NCBI GenBank assembly: GCA_963777955.1
Contig: CAVZSQ010000013.1
Location: 352,001 to 416,000, forward strand
Direction of reading: 5' to 3'
Length of the DNA stretch: 64,000 nucleotides
Origin: Calditrichia bacterium
GTDB taxonomy: Bacteria > Calditrichota > Calditrichia > JAJRVZ01
This document shows positions 1-11,187 of the stretch, piece after piece; positions within the stretch are counted from its first letter, which is position 1; each line of letters begins with the position of its first letter. The position numbers were made by a program, and so were the translations under genes. The notes under the pieces were generated by a model, which was given only the letters and a program-made list of their open reading frames with translations, did no database searches and had not been told where the DNA came from.

Positions 1-665
1 AGTAAACTCCAGGATGGTGAAACATAATATTGAGCATACTCGCCCATGGTGAAAGAGTATTGTATATCATTACAATAGATATAACTGTTGTACAGATAAC
101 TGGGTACCAAACCGATTGCTATTTTTTTATGATACATGGTATTGAAAATAGCTGAGGCAAAATATTGAAATTTATCGCCGGTATTTTCAACGATCCCCAC
201 CGGTTTACCATTATAAGCCAGGCCGGCCTGGACGGCGATCACCGTTGGCAATAATGTACTATTCATCTCCAGAATTTTATACTTGGATCGTAGCTCAACA
301 TTGCCCTCCAGATTACTGCGGGTCAGAGCCAGCATCATTCTATCGCTGAGAGCATAATCCAGGCCGATATTCATGATCACACTCCCATCCAGACCGTAAG
401 CCCCGCTCCAGCCCGAAGAGACCGGCATGGTAAAACGATGGGCCAGCTCAAACTGCATCTCCCCTTTCCGTAATGTTTCTGCCGTCGGCAGATTAAAAGC
501 CGCGGTAGAATGAAATAATTGTAAATATTGTTCGGTTCCGGTCGTACGTTGCCATTTTACTTCTTTCTCCTGAGCGGGTAATCCCTGGCAATAAACCAGT
601 AGTAACAGCACTGCTGCCGCTACTTGCTGGAACAGTTTTCCGGTATTAATCTTGTTTTTTAACAT
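1..665 (-). CDS. DUF5777-like outer-membrane beta-barrel protein (3' end outside window)
   Basis: Not in the ORF track; hand-translated from ATG at 665: MLKNKINTGKLFQQVAAAVLLLLVYCQGLPAQEKEVKWQRT...FHSTAAFNLPTAETLRKGEMQFELAHRF. Signal peptide plus the NLPTAE...F...HRF pattern typical of DUF5777. Confidence 0.7.
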   Translation of the reverse strand, partial: MLKNKINTGKLFQQVAAAVLLLLVYCQGLPAQEKEVKWQRTTGTEQYLQLFHSTAAFNLPTAETLRKGEMQFELAHRFTMPVSSGWSGAYGLDGSVIMNIGLDYALSDRMMLALTRSNLEGNVELRSKYKILEMNSTLLPTVIAVQAGLAYNGKPVGIVENTGDKFQYFASAIFNTMYHKKIAIGLVPSYLYNSYIYCNDIQYSFTMGEYAQYYVSPSWSL

Positions 666-699
666 ATCCTTCCCCTGCTTCATATATTTGAATACACGA

Positions 700-1119
700 T
701 TAATTATTTAGTGCCCCGGCATCGATCCAGGCTGCAATGGTATCGATCGTGGCCTGGGATAATTGCCCTGCCGGCGGCATCTGTGAAGTTCCGTCTCCAT
801 TCAATTTTTTCATCAGCCAACTCTGTGCGCTGTTACCGGGGGCAACCCGTTTCATTACTCCATCTTCGTGACTGGTAACATCGACCAGGTTAGAATATGA
901 ACTGCCACTGCTGAGATTCAAATCCTGTTGCGGTGACGTTGCACTATGGCACCCCGCGGTCGCACAGGAAGGGGTGAAAACATATTGCTGGATGGAACTG
1001 AGTTTTGATTGTAATCCAGCTGCTGTTGTATCTTCGCATTCCGATACAATCTGATCAGCACAGGAACACAGAATAAAGGCACAAATAATACCCGCCATTC
1101 GGTTGATAACTTTATTCAT
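700..1119 (-). CDS. Lipoprotein with c-type cytochrome-like motif (CxxxxCH, distal Met in QMPP)
   Basis: Lipobox-like LCSC, SCATAGCHS, QMPP...IAAWIDAGA pattern of small cytochrome c-like domains; directly upstream of the DUF5777-like gene. Confidence 0.65.
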   Translation of the reverse strand: MNKVINRMAGIICAFILCSCADQIVSECEDTTAAGLQSKLSSIQQYVFTPSCATAGCHSATSPQQDLNLSSGSSYSNLVDVTSHEDGVMKRVAPGNSAQSWLMKKLNGDGTSQMPPAGQLSQATIDTIAAWIDAGALNN

Positions 1120-1241
1120 GGCAGCCCTTTCAATTAATAATTTTTAAAAAGAAGAATAAGTTCGATTTAATCCCTGCATAACCCTGCAGAATAAGTACAA
1201 ACACCCTGACCCGCTTATAATATCTATCCGTAATTTAAGAT

Positions 1242-2458
1242 TTATGATTCAGTAGAACTGGATTTATTTTTTTTAATTATAGACCTGAATAACTCCGGTA
1301 AAAAAAAGAAACGTCTTTTTATTACTCCTAATTCCCGGAGATAGTAATTCAAGTCGGGAATTTCCGCCTGAGGCTGGCGCAATATTCCCGCTGCTGACCT
1401 GAAAGTCTGCCTGGGAAATTTTTTCTGCAACAGCAAATAATTTTTATCCAGATCATTCCCCGGTAAAGCACGTCCGGCCAGCCAGCCCAGGGTATCCAGG
1501 ATTTCGTGCAGTACACTCCCCTCCCGGAAAGAGATGACCGGAATGGGATAATCACTGCCAAACAGGAACCGCTCCGGCTTTTCTGAAACCAGCGGTAATA
1601 TTTTCAGGATATATTTCATCCGTCCCGGCAGACATAAAGCCGAGATGTCGGCATACAAATTCCCGGTCAGCTAGCGGCGGTGCTCAGACGCTGTAAGAAT
1701 GTATCAAATACTTTTTCCCAATATGCATTGTGTTTATCCAGTAATGCACCCAGCGGAGCAGCGCAGTGGGCCACGATAACTTTTGCACCTGCCTGTAAAG
1801 CCATCGACCAGGCGTCGCCGGCAGTGAGGCCAAACTTGCCGGCTGCTGCATTGAATAAATTGATCTGCGGTTCGGGCAAGGATGTTGGTATGGCTTCTTC
1901 CGGTCCCACATGCAACAGTAACGGCAGATTTAATAATGCCAGAGCCCGGTAGAAACTCTGCGACAGCGGATGCGTCGGGTCAATTCCCTGGGAAGAGGGA
2001 ATCCATTTGCACAGTACCGCCCCATGTTTAGCGCACAGCCATAATCGTTCCAGGGCATCCGCAGCATAGGGATGCACCGAACAGCCGAAAAGAAATGGCC
2101 GGTACATGGTCGAGATACCGGCAATAAAATCATTGGCGACAAACAGGTGGGTGCTCTCCCGGTCTCCACTGCCATCCTCGCGGTAGACCTGATCCAGGGC
2201 CAATAAAACAATCTTATTGACATTACGTGCCTGTTGAACCTGATTGAGCAGTATATGCAGATAGCGCAGCGCGGAGAGATCTGTATCACCTAAACGGGTG
2301 ACCAGTCTGATACTACGGAAGGCCAGGGAGTGAACAAAGGCAGGGGACCAGAAATACATCTCCTCACTCTCAGCAGGAGGTCCACCCATATGAACATGGA
2401 TATCGATGACATCATCCGGTTTAAGTACAGTCTGGAGTTTGTTATACTTTACTGGCAT
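1242..2458 (-). CDS. Amidohydrolase family (Amidohydro_2) metal-dependent hydrolase, frameshift near 1660-1670
   Basis: IDIHVH, SVHPY, LLLHVG and VAHCA in ORF 1667-2458; YADISA and FGSDYP in ORF 1242-1658. The two ORFs together make one TIM-barrel hydrolase. Confidence 0.8.
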
Positions 2459-2746
2459 TAATATTGCATAGTTTTAAGTTATGCTTTTACACTTTTTCGA
2501 TGGATACGGTACGCGCCCTGATTTCTGAACATCATTGTGCCGGAGGGCACCGGGATTAAATTTAACATAAACAATAAGAGCTTGCTTTAATTTTCTTTTT
2601 AGTGCTTAGAATGATAGAATATTTCATCTTGTAAACTATCGACTTTTATGTATATTTGTGATAAATTAAAAGATTAGAATTGCACAGACAGACCTGCAGG
2701 GCCGGTCGGAATACTATTTCTTAAGCTAAGATTTACAGGAGATTTC

Positions 2747-3829
2747 ATGGATGTAAACATCGAAAAAGGCAAAGCCGTTGATGTGGCACTGACCCAGATC
2801 GAACGCCAGTTTGGTAAAGGAGCGATTATGCGCCTGGGTGACCGTACCAAGGTAACGGTCGACATCATACCTACCGGTTCGGTTTCACTGGATGCAGCTC
2901 TGGGGATCGGGGGTATACCGCGGGGGCGGATAACCGAAGTTTTTGGTCCGGAGGCCTCCGGTAAAACTACTCTGGCTTTACACATCATTGCCGAATCACA
3001 AAAGATTGGCGGCCTGGCGGCATTCATCGATGCCGAACATGCCCTGGATCCGACCTATGCCAAGAAACTCGGGGTCGATACAGTCAATCTGCTGGTATCG
3101 CAACCGGATTCCGGCGAACAGGCTCTGGAAATCGTTGAAACACTGGTACGCAGCGGTGCCGTGGATGTAATCGTTATCGATTCAGTCGCCGCCCTGGTGC
3201 CCCGTGCCGAGATTGAAGGGGAAATGGGGGATGCTCACATGGGTTTGCAGGCCCGCCTGATGTCCCAGGCCTTACGCAAACTCACAGCTACTGTCAGTAA
3301 ATCGAACACCTGTGTTATTTTTATCAATCAGATTCGTGATAAAATAGGGGTGATGTTCGGTAACCCGGAGACCACTACCGGCGGCCGGGCACTTAAATTT
3401 TACACTTCGGTACGGCTTGATATCCGGCGCATTGCGACCATCAAGGAAGGACAGGATATTGTCGGTAACCGCACCAAAGTCAAAGTAGTTAAGAATAAAC
3501 TGGCTCCGCCCTTCCGCGAAGCCGAATTCGACATCATGTATTCCGAAGGAATTTCCCGGATCGGCGACGTCCTGGACCTGGCTGTTAATCATAATATTCT
3601 CCAAAAAAGCGGTACCTGGTTTTCCTATAATGATCTGCGTCTGGGTCAGGGCCGCGAAAATACCAAACGCTATCTGAATGAAAACAATAAACTGCTGAAT
3701 GAACTGGAGATTAAAGTAAGGGAAAAAATAGGTTTGTCTCCACAAGCGTCCAAAACGGAACCGGAAGCGGATAAAGAAAAAAATAAAGAAAAAGAAAAGG
3801 AGAAAAAACCAGGCGCAGCTAAATCCTGA
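2747..3829 (+). CDS. recA: Recombinase RecA
   Basis: GPEASGKTT Walker [36 protein letters not shown] upstream. Confidence 0.99.
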   Translation: MDVNIEKGKAVDVALTQIERQFGKGAIMRLGDRTKVTVDIIPTGSVSLDAALGIGGIPRGRITEVFGPEASGKTTLALHIIAESQKIGGLAAFIDAEHALDPTYAKKLGVDTVNLLVSQPDSGEQALEIVETLVRSGAVDVIVIDSVAALVPRAEIEGEMGDAHMGLQARLMSQALRKLTATVSKSNTCVIFINQIRDKIGVMFGNPETTTGGRALKFYTSVRLDIRRIATIKEGQDIVGNRTKVKVVKNKLAPPFREAEFDIMYSEGISRIGDVLDLAVNHNILQKSGTWFSYNDLRLGQGRENTKRYLNENNKLLNELEIKVREKIGLSPQASKTEPEADKEKNKEKEKEKKPGAAKS

Positions 3830-3924
3830 TGCAGATTTATCAATCCTGAGCAAGATTACATCCTGAACTTACCACAGGCTGGAACCATATCTGTTAAAAT
3901 CATCATTTATAACCATTATTATAC

Positions 3925-4575
3925 ATGACCATCACCATTACCCGTATTGAGCCGCAGAAAAAGAATAAAAATCGTTTCTCCCTTTTTTCAGATGATACAT
4001 TTTTAACCGGAATTTCCGGCGAGACCATGCTGCAATACAATCTGCATAGCGGAGATACTATTTCGGCCGAGATCCTGGCGGAAATAAAAAATGCCGAAAC
4101 GGACGTAGTCCTGCGCGAGCAAGCCTATAGATTTCTGGCCCGCCGTGCTCATAGTGTGCAGGAACTCCGTGAAAAATTACTGAAAAAAGGGTATGATCTT
4201 AAGGCGATTGCCGGCATTGTGGAAGAATTGAAACATAAAAATTATCTGAACGATCAGGATTTTGCCCGCATTCTGATCAAAGATGAAATCCAGCTGCACA
4301 GAAGCGGACCTTTGCTTTTAAAACAGAAATTGCTCAGTAAAGGCATCGCGACAAGCTACATCGACGAATTGCTGAAAAATTTCTATCCTGATGAAAAACA
4401 AATCCGGAATTGCAGTTATCTTGCCCGGAAGAAATTAAAAACTCTGTCGAAGAAAACACCGCTCAAGCAGAAACAACAACTGGCCGCTTACCTGAAAACC
4501 AAAGGATATTTATGGGCGACTATTCAACCCATAATCAATCAATTATTACAGGAGAATAATGATGAGCTCGAATAA
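3925..4575 (+). CDS. recX: RecX regulatory protein
   Basis: ITRIEPQKKNKNRFSLF N-terminus, LARRAHSVQELREKL, YLNDQDFA repeats; directly downstream of recA. Confidence 0.92.
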   Translation: MTITITRIEPQKKNKNRFSLFSDDTFLTGISGETMLQYNLHSGDTISAEILAEIKNAETDVVLREQAYRFLARRAHSVQELREKLLKKGYDLKAIAGIVEELKHKNYLNDQDFARILIKDEIQLHRSGPLLLKQKLLSKGIATSYIDELLKNFYPDEKQIRNCSYLARKKLKTLSKKTPLKQKQQLAAYLKTKGYLWATIQPIINQLLQENNDELE

Positions 4576-5746
4576 ATGGCATACCCTGACTAAAATTATA
4601 AAAGCCGGGGAAGGCAAAGATTTCAGTGATGTCCGCATACCGGGCATTCCTATTTACCAGACCACCAATTTTCTGTATCCCGATGTTGAGCTGGGTACCG
4701 AGATCCTGCTGGGCCAGAAACCCGGTCATATCTACAGCCGTTATACCAATCCCACGGTCGATACACTCAACGAGATCATGGCTGTGCTGGAGAATGCGGA
4801 ATCAGCACTGTCCTTCGCCTCCGGAATGGCGGCCATCTCAAGTGCTGTACTGGCTTATTGTAAACCCGGAGATCATATCGTATCCTCATCGATAATCTAC
4901 GGCGGTACTTTTACTTTTTTCCAGAAACAGTTATCGCGACTTAACATAGAGGTCACTTTCGTCGATCCACGCGATCATGCCCGGCTGGCAGCGGCTGTTA
5001 AGCCGAATACAAAAATTCTTTATACCGAACCACTGGCCAATCCCACTCTGATCGCCTCCGACCTGAAATTCTGGAGCAACCTGGCCCGGCAGCACAACTG
5101 CAAACTATTTGTCGATAATACTTTTACACCACCACCGATCATTCAACCATTGGACTGGGGAGTCGATCTCTCGATTCATTCTGCTACCAAATATCTGGGC
5201 GGGCATTCCGATTTAATGGGTGGTATTATCTGCGGCGCACAGCGGGAAATAGAGATACTCAAACCGGTGGTCAAATACTATGGAGCCGTTATGGCGCCGC
5301 TGATCGCCTGGTTGTTGATCCGCGGTATCCGTACCCTGGGAGTGCGTATCGAACGGCAATGTGAAAATGCCATGCACTTAGCCGGATATCTGGGCAGCCA
5401 TCCCAAAATCAGCAGGGTTTTCTATGCCGGCCTGGAAAATAATCCCCAGTTTGCCCTCAATAAAAATCAATTTAACGGATTCAGTGGTATGTTAGCCTTT
5501 GAGGTTAAAGGCGGTTGGCCGGCAGCTAAAAAAGTAATGGAACACCTGCAAGCGATTCTGTTCACGGTCAGCCTGGGGGACATTTCCAGTTTAATCTGCC
5601 ACCCGGCCTCCACCTCCCATGTATATCTGTCGGCACAGGAACGGGAGAAGATCGGCATCGGTGATGGATTATTACGCTTATCGGTTGGAATTGAACATGT
5701 TGCAGATCTTCGACAAGATCTGGAACAGGCTCTGGCCCGGATATAA
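4559..5746 (+). CDS. PLP-dependent trans-sulfuration enzyme (methionine gamma-lyase / cystathionine gamma-synthase family)
   Basis: YSRYTNPT, FASGMAAI, VDNTF, HSATKYLGGHSD (PLP lysine), SLGD, RLSVGIE. Confidence 0.9.
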   Translation: MMSSNKWHTLTKIIKAGEGKDFSDVRIPGIPIYQTTNFLYPDVELGTEILLGQKPGHIYSRYTNPTVDTLNEIMAVLENAESALSFASGMAAISSAVLAYCKPGDHIVSSSIIYGGTFTFFQKQLSRLNIEVTFVDPRDHARLAAAVKPNTKILYTEPLANPTLIASDLKFWSNLARQHNCKLFVDNTFTPPPIIQPLDWGVDLSIHSATKYLGGHSDLMGGIICGAQREIEILKPVVKYYGAVMAPLIAWLLIRGIRTLGVRIERQCENAMHLAGYLGSHPKISRVFYAGLENNPQFALNKNQFNGFSGMLAFEVKGGWPAAKKVMEHLQAILFTVSLGDISSLICHPASTSHVYLSAQEREKIGIGDGLLRLSVGIEHVADLRQDLEQALARI

Positions 5747-5804
5747 AAATTTGAAATTCAATATCAGGGGCTTTAATTTATCAAGTTGAATATCAAGGAT
5801 GGTT

Positions 5805-8409
5805 ATGACCTCAAAAGAAATTCGCAGTTCATTCATTGATTTTTTCAGGCAGAAAGGGCATACCGTTGTACCCAGTTCTCCGGTAATCCCGGCGGATGAT
5901 CCAACCCTTTTGTTTACCAATGCCGGCATGGTTCAGTTTAAGGATATTCTGCTGGGTAAAGGCAGCCGTCCTTATACCCGCGCGGTCGATTCGCAAAAAT
6001 GTATCCGGGTGAGCGGTAAACATAACGACCTGGAAGTAGTCGGACATGATACCTACCACCACACTTTTTTTGAGATGCTGGGCAACTGGTCCTTCGGGGA
6101 TTATTATAAGAAAGAAGCGATTGCCTGGGCCTGGGAATTGCTGACCGGAGTCTGGAAACTGCCCAGGGAAAAGTTATACGCAACTGTTTTCCTTGATGAC
6201 TCCGAAGCTGCCGGGTTCTGGAAAAAGGAAACCGATATCGATCCCAAACACATTCTGCGTTTTGATGAAAAAAATTTCTGGGAGATGGGTGATACCGGGC
6301 CCTGCGGTCCCTGCTCGGAAATCCATATTGATCTCGGTGCCGAACATTGTGATAAAACCGGAACCAAACATATCTGTCAGGTAAATGGCGAGTGTGGCCG
6401 CTTTATTGAATTGTGGAATCTGGTTTTCATCCAGTTCTACCGTGATGAATCCGGAAAATTGAATCCGCTGCCGGCTAAACATGTGGATACCGGAGCAGGG
6501 TTCGAGCGCCTGGTTGCCGTGCTGCAGCAAAAAAAATCCAATTATGATACCGATCTTTTTCAACCTATCATACAGGCAACCGCCAGACTGGTCGGTCAGT
6601 CCTATGCTGAATCAACCGAGCAGGCCGCCTTCCATGTCCTGGCCGATCATATCCGTATGCTGGTATTCTCCATTGCCGACGGTGGTTTCCCTTCCAATGA
6701 CAGCCGCGGATACGTAATCCGCCGGATTTTACGCCGGGCTGCTCGTTATGGCCGTAAATTAAAAATGCATGAACCGTTTATTTATAAATTGGTCGATACC
6801 GTTGGTGATGTTTTAGGACATGTCTTTCCGGAGATCCGCGAGCGTTCTCAACATATTCAAACGGTTATCCATGCGGAAGAAGAGCATTTCAACCGGACTC
6901 TGGACCGTGGTCTGGAAATTTTCGAGAGAATAAAAACAGATCTGCAAAAATCTAAAAAAACCCTGATCCCCGGCAGCGAGGTATTCAAACTGTATGATAC
7001 CTACGGTTTCCCGATGGATCTGACCTCTATCCTGGCCGGCGAAGCAGGATTGAAACTCGATACCTCGGGTTTTGAACAGGAAATGAGACAGCAGCAGGAA
7101 CGTGCCCGCAAAGCGGCCAGGTTCAAGCCCGGTGATATTCCCGCCGACGCCTGGATAATTGTTAACGACGGGGGCAGCACTAATTTTGTCGGTTACAGCG
7201 ATGATGCCATTGAAACTCATGTGGTCAAGTATTCGCTGCACGAGAATAAACTGAACCTGGTGCTGAAAGATACTCCCTTCTATGCTGAGTCCGGAGGGCA
7301 GATTGGCGATCAGGGGAAAATAATTATCGAAGGATCCGAACTGCAGGTCATTGATACCTACAAGGATGGCGATGAGATAATTCATGTTTGTGAACTTCCC
7401 CCGGATTTTGAATTTCGTTCCGACCGGGTGCTGGCGGAAATTTACAGCGATAGTCGCCGGCAGACCGAAAAAAATCACACGGCTACCCACCTGCTGCATG
7501 CCGCTTTACGCAGAGTACTGGGAAATCATGTACAACAGGCCGGATCATTAGTTGACCCTGAGCGCCTGCGATTCGATTTTACCCATCACTCCAGGTTGTC
7601 TGCTGATGAGATTGCCCGGATTGAACGCCTGGTTAATGAACGAATTCAGGAGGATATCCCGCTGGAAATCGCCCAGGAGACTTTCGCCCAGGCCAGGCAG
7701 CAGGGTGCCATGGCCCTGTTCGGTGAAAAATACGGTGAGATAGTACGCACCATTCGCATAGACTGACTTCAGCCTGGAGTTATGCGGCGGGACCCATGTC
7801 AGGCAGACCGGGCAGATCGGACTCTTTGTAATCGTAAACGAGAGCAGTATTTCCGCCGGGGTCCGCCGTATTGAAGCCCTGACCGGAAAAGCAGTTGTGA
7901 TTTATCTGCAACAACTGCGCAGCCGGTTTCAGGATCTTTGTGAATTGCTGAATTCCAGAGAAGAAGAACTTGTGGAAAAAACGCGGGAACTGGCTAATAA
8001 CAAGCGTAAACTCGAGAAAGATCTGGAAAGATTGAACTCGCAAGTGCTCAGATCAAACCTGGCTGATATTATATCCAGGGCAGAAGATATAAAAGGAATT
8101 AAAGTGATCAGCCTGGAGATTCCCGGGACCGCCATTGATCAATTGAAAGAGATAGGCGATCAGATCCGCGAGCAATCCACCCAGACCGTGGCTTTACTGG
8201 GCAGCAAAACCGAAGGCAAGATAAATTTCGTTTGCGTGGTTACCGACGATCTGATTAAAAATAAAAAACTGCATGCCGGAGATCTGGTCCGGCAGGTGGC
8301 TCAGGTTGCCGGTGGCAGCGGCGGGGGTAAACCACACATGGCTACAGCCGGCGCCAGGGATGAAACAAAATTCGCTTTGGCCATGCAAAAAATTAAAGAA
8401 ATAGTATAA
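5805..8409 (+). CDS. alaS: Alanine-tRNA ligase; single frameshift near 7762 (probable assembly error)
   Basis: TLLFTNAGMVQFK, HHTFFEMLGN, DTGAGFER, NHTATHLLHAALR. After the shift the next frame reads FSLELCGGTH...GVRRIEA and runs to the C-terminal GGSGGGKPHMATAG. Confidence 0.97.
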
Positions 8410-8441
8410 TTTCGCGCTGAGAATAAAATCGAGGAGGCAGT

Positions 8442-9629
8442 ATGCCGGTTAAAATAAGTTCTGCAGCACTGCAAAAATGGGCAGATTACATATTAAATTA
8501 TTCGCTGGGTGGTATTGCTGCAGAAGATATCGTCATGATTAAAGGCGAACATATCTGCTGGCCGCTGATGTCGGTATTGCAGGACAATATTATTTCTGCC
8601 GGTGCTATACCTGATATAAATCTGGTCGCCCCTGATAACGACCGTGGCAGGGTTTTCAGTGCAGCCATGGCCCGCCGGGGCACTCTGGCACAAATCCGGC
8701 GCATACCGGCCTGGCAGCAGGCGCGCTATGAACATATGACTAAATACATTGAAATCCTGGGTGCGGAGAATCCCAATCTCTATGCCAATACACCGGCCGA
8801 AACTTCCCAGGCCATCATGCGGGCCAATGAAACAATGGTCAGCATACGCCTGGCCAAACCCTGGGTTCTGACTCTGTTCCCTACAGCGGGTATGGCTGCC
8901 CTGGAAAAAATGAGTTTACCCGCATACAGCGGGATTATCATGAAGGCCAGCACCACCGATCCCCGTTACCTGGAAAAAACCCAGCAACCTTTACAGGAAT
9001 TGATGCAGCGTTCCAGTATTGTCCGTATCCTGACCAGGCATCCGCAAGGGAGAATATTGGAACTGCAGATGAATATCGCCGGTAGAATCGTGCACAAATG
9101 CACCGGGAAAAATAATTTCCCCGATGGCGAAGTATTTACCAGTCCCGCTGCCTCCAGTGTGCAGGGTGAAATTTTTGTCGACCTGCCGGTTTTAGACGAA
9201 GGGGTTGATTTACAGGGAATCTACCTGCGTATTGATTCGGGAATTATTCGTGAATACACGGCAAAACGCGGCGCTAAAATGCTACGAAAAATAATTGAAA
9301 CCGATGACGGATCACACCGGCTGGGCGAGGTAGCCCTGGGCATGAATGACGGCATTAAGAAAGCTCTGCGACATCCGCTGTTTTTGGAAAAAATCGGCGG
9401 TACTTTACACATCGCGATTGGCGCCAGTTATAACGATTGTTACGTTTCAGATCCGCATAGCGAGGCAGGAAAAAAACAACTCGAGGAATATTTTAAACAG
9501 GGGATTCTGAACCGCTCGGCCCAGCATGTGGATATTGTCACCGATTTCCGTAAAGGCGGCTGCGGTCAGGCCGTGTACCTGGATCAAACCAGACTGGCGG
9601 TTAAAAACAACCTGTGGATTATACCCTGA
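8442..9629 (+). CDS. Aminopeptidase, M29 (AmpT/PepS) family
   Basis: NFPDGEVFT, LGEVALG, LFLEKIGGTLHIAIGASY, SAQHVD metal-ligand motifs; RBS GAGGAGG. Confidence 0.9.
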   Translation: MPVKISSAALQKWADYILNYSLGGIAAEDIVMIKGEHICWPLMSVLQDNIISAGAIPDINLVAPDNDRGRVFSAAMARRGTLAQIRRIPAWQQARYEHMTKYIEILGAENPNLYANTPAETSQAIMRANETMVSIRLAKPWVLTLFPTAGMAALEKMSLPAYSGIIMKASTTDPRYLEKTQQPLQELMQRSSIVRILTRHPQGRILELQMNIAGRIVHKCTGKNNFPDGEVFTSPAASSVQGEIFVDLPVLDEGVDLQGIYLRIDSGIIREYTAKRGAKMLRKIIETDDGSHRLGEVALGMNDGIKKALRHPLFLEKIGGTLHIAIGASYNDCYVSDPHSEAGKKQLEEYFKQGILNRSAQHVDIVTDFRKGGCGQAVYLDQTRLAVKNNLWIIP

Positions 9630-9697
9630 TCACTCCTGGCATCAATAAGAAGTACACCAGTCTGACACCGTCAGCATATCGTCAGAAGATGATTCAT

Positions 9698-10627
9698 TTA
9701 TAGCGAAAGTACCTTTCTCCGCAGTTCTATTAATCTCCAATATTCCTTTTTCATTTTGTCAGATAAAAAACTTATGCTGATTAAATTCTGCCACTTTTCA
9801 AAACTCTGTTTAAAATCGCTGCTAATTCGGTGCAATATCCGTGATGAAATTGAAAGCCGCTCCAACGCATAGTACTCGAAAAAATCAGCAGCAGAAAAAT
9901 TACTTTTTTTCCCATTTAAAGGCAGAGCTAATTCTTCTTTCGGATTTTTTAAAGCGATGGTAGTATTGATTAAATCATACGCCGGGCTCAGGGAAGTCAC
10001 TGAACTTTTTGAAATTAATGAAAAATTTTTTAAATGCATATCTTCATTACCAATCAGGTAATTGAAAAGCGTTAGTCTGAATAATTTTGTCTTTTCAATC
10101 GCGGGAAATGTACAAAATTCTTCAATGATTGTGATCACTTTCTCCATGGATGAATTATATTTAGTCTCTCGACTCTCTCCAGATAACTGCGCAAAATCTT
10201 CCACGGGCAGTTTTTTATTCTTACTATACCGGTCAAACCGTTTAATGAAATAAGTCAAAGTACCGTCTCTGGCAAAGATTAATCCATGCAACGGTACGTC
10301 GATTCCGGCAATTCTGGCTAGGCGCAAGGTCAGATCTTCATTTTCAGGAATTTCCGGATATAACAAACTAGGAGGTTTTAAGATATACAGTCCATGCTGA
10401 TTTACAATATTAAAATAACCTCTGCTAACTGATAATCTGGCGCTCAGCTTGGGCTGGACACCCTGTATAGACATTTTATCTGAACGTGCGGCTGCTTCAT
10501 AGCGCTGTTCTTCGGCACTGTACGGTAAATCCTGAAGAACACGCAAAGCCGGGGAGAGCTTCTTCAAACCGTTGCTCGAATATTTCTGCTCCCCGCACAA
10601 TTCATAACTTATCGGACATCGATTCAT
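9698..10627 (-). CDS. hipT: HipA-family Ser/Thr kinase toxin (HipT type)
   Basis: KMSIQGVQPK Gly-rich loop, ENEDL, IKRFDR, GNEDMHLKNFS, LSPAYDL; lacks the HipA N-terminal subdomain, which is encoded by the adjacent gene. Confidence 0.9.
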   Translation of the reverse strand: MNRCPISYELCGEQKYSSNGLKKLSPALRVLQDLPYSAEEQRYEAAARSDKMSIQGVQPKLSARLSVSRGYFNIVNQHGLYILKPPSLLYPEIPENEDLTLRLARIAGIDVPLHGLIFARDGTLTYFIKRFDRYSKNKKLPVEDFAQLSGESRETKYNSSMEKVITIIEEFCTFPAIEKTKLFRLTLFNYLIGNEDMHLKNFSLISKSSVTSLSPAYDLINTTIALKNPKEELALPLNGKKSNFSAADFFEYYALERLSISSRILHRISSDFKQSFEKWQNLISISFLSDKMKKEYWRLIELRRKVLSL

Positions 10628-10944
10628 GTTGTTGGCTCCGTTTCGATTACTGTTACCGCTCCGACCAGATCACTACCAACAGCAACGAGTTGACTAAACA
10701 GATCGGAATGATCAATTTTTAAATTCCGCAATAATGCTTCTAATTGAAAGCCCTCCGGTAATAATCCATCAAAGAAAGTAGGAAATTCACCATAGTTATA
10801 TTCTCTTTTCTCCACTGGCATTGTTAGAGAAACAGGGGGACCTTGGTAATGATCCAGATAAATAAATTTATATCGATACTTCTTTTCCAGTTCAATTAAT
10901 AAACCGGCTTCGATACCTTGTACAAATACTTTAGCTTTTCTCAT
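10624..10944 (-). CDS. hipS: Stand-alone HipA N-terminal (Couple_hipA) domain protein, HipS-type antitoxin
   Basis: AGLLIE...YKFIY...PVSLTMP...FFDGLLPEG...DLVGAVTV; 4-nt overlap with hipT. Confidence 0.88.
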   Translation of the reverse strand: MRKAKVFVQGIEAGLLIELEKKYRYKFIYLDHYQGPPVSLTMPVEKREYNYGEFPTFFDGLLPEGFQLEALLRNLKIDHSDLFSQLVAVGSDLVGAVTVIETEPTT

Positions 10945-11185
10945 AATTAGTTTCCCTGAAGATATTCATCAACGGACTTTCAAATTTTATGTTAATATTT
11001 AATGCCTGGAATATCTTCAATAAAGTAGTATAACGGATCGTCATTTTACCTTTCTCGATATCATAAATTACCGTCTTACCTATTCCGGCCAGTTCAGCTA
11101 GTTCAGATTGACTTAAACCACTGCGCTTACGATGAAATCGAATCAATCTGGAAATAATTTGCATGTCATCCATTTTTATCTCCAT
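10931..11185 (-). CDS. hipB: HipB-like XRE helix-turn-helix regulator
   Basis: IRFHRKRSGLSQSELAELAGIGKTVIYDIEKGK; first gene of the three-gene operon, overlaps hipS. Confidence 0.88.
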   Translation of the reverse strand: MEIKMDDMQIISRLIRFHRKRSGLSQSELAELAGIGKTVIYDIEKGKMTIRYTTLLKIFQALNINIKFESPLMNIFRETNYEKS

Positions 11186-11187
11186 CT

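Noticed and set aside
2459..2746. LexA/SOS box or riboswitch upstream of recA
   Set aside because: No palindrome matching a LexA box I know and no recognisable aptamer; only a small GTGCC/GGCAC hairpin.
7755..7800. TGA in alaS as selenocysteine or programmed frameshift
   Set aside because: The continuation is in a different frame, there is no obvious slippery sequence, and many similar indels occur across the window.
5805..10627. AlaRS as the HipT target because of adjacency
   Set aside because: The module is convergent, compositionally foreign and separated by a peptidase gene; proximity alone is not evidence.
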